DNA of 64,000 nt from Nannocystales bacterium. Lineage in GTDB: Bacteria; Myxococcota_A; Polyangia; Nannocystales; Nannocystaceae. Numbering within the stretch: the first letter of the stretch is position 1; each line of letters opens with the position of its first letter. The stretch lies in the NCBI GenBank assembly GCA_050633305.1, contig JBOEGF010000001.1, positions 32,001 through 96,000 on the forward strand, written 5' to 3'. Below, one piece after another: positions 63,894-64,000 of this stretch. The position numbers and the translations under genes are program-made. The notes beneath the pieces are model-generated. The model searched no databases. It was not told the DNA's origin and saw nothing but the letters and a program-made list of their open reading frames with translations.

Positions 63894-64000
63894 ATGCCGA
63901 GGACAGAGGAGGTCAGCTGCCGGGCGGTCGCCCAGTACATTCGCATCCTGCGAGATCGCGGCAAGTCGGTGGACGGTTTGTGCGATGGACTCGATCTCGC
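63894..64000 (+). CDS. possible 5' end of a gene truncated by the window edge
   Basis: Open frame MPRTEEVSCRAVAQYIRILRDRGKSVDGLCDGLDL running off the end. Confidence 0.35.
   Translation, partial: MPRTEEVSCRAVAQYIRILRDRGKSVDGLCDGLDL

Overview
High-GC, gene-dense chromosomal segment that looks myxobacterial (Myxococcota, Nannocystaceae-like by inference). This rests on MYXO-CTERM-tailed proteins, Hanks-type Ser/Thr kinases with TPRs, Cys-rich lipoproteins with Ser/Thr/Gly linkers and a TSP3-repeat OmpA. About 45 CDS are supported, including mutS2, sodB, panB, miaB and hemJ. I saw no rRNA, tRNA, CRISPR array or mobile element. The most striking feature is a 1515-aa single ORF (55334-59881, minus strand). 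It joins a type I phosphomannose isomerase, a phosphomannomutase and a divergent sugar-1-phosphate nucleotidyltransferase in pathway order, potentially a complete fructose-6-P to NDP-mannose route in one polypeptide, and lies directly downstream of a WecB/TagA/CpsF glycosyltransferase. Other notable items: two SppA proteases fused to predicted outer-membrane beta-barrels, three tandem MYXO-CTERM metzincin-like paralogues (one HExxH, two QExxH), an orphan GroES-like gene coupled to one SppA, a dual-kinase membrane protein, a MshEN-like repeat protein and a thioredoxin with a MinD-like tail. All calls come from reading motifs by eye; no database searches were run.
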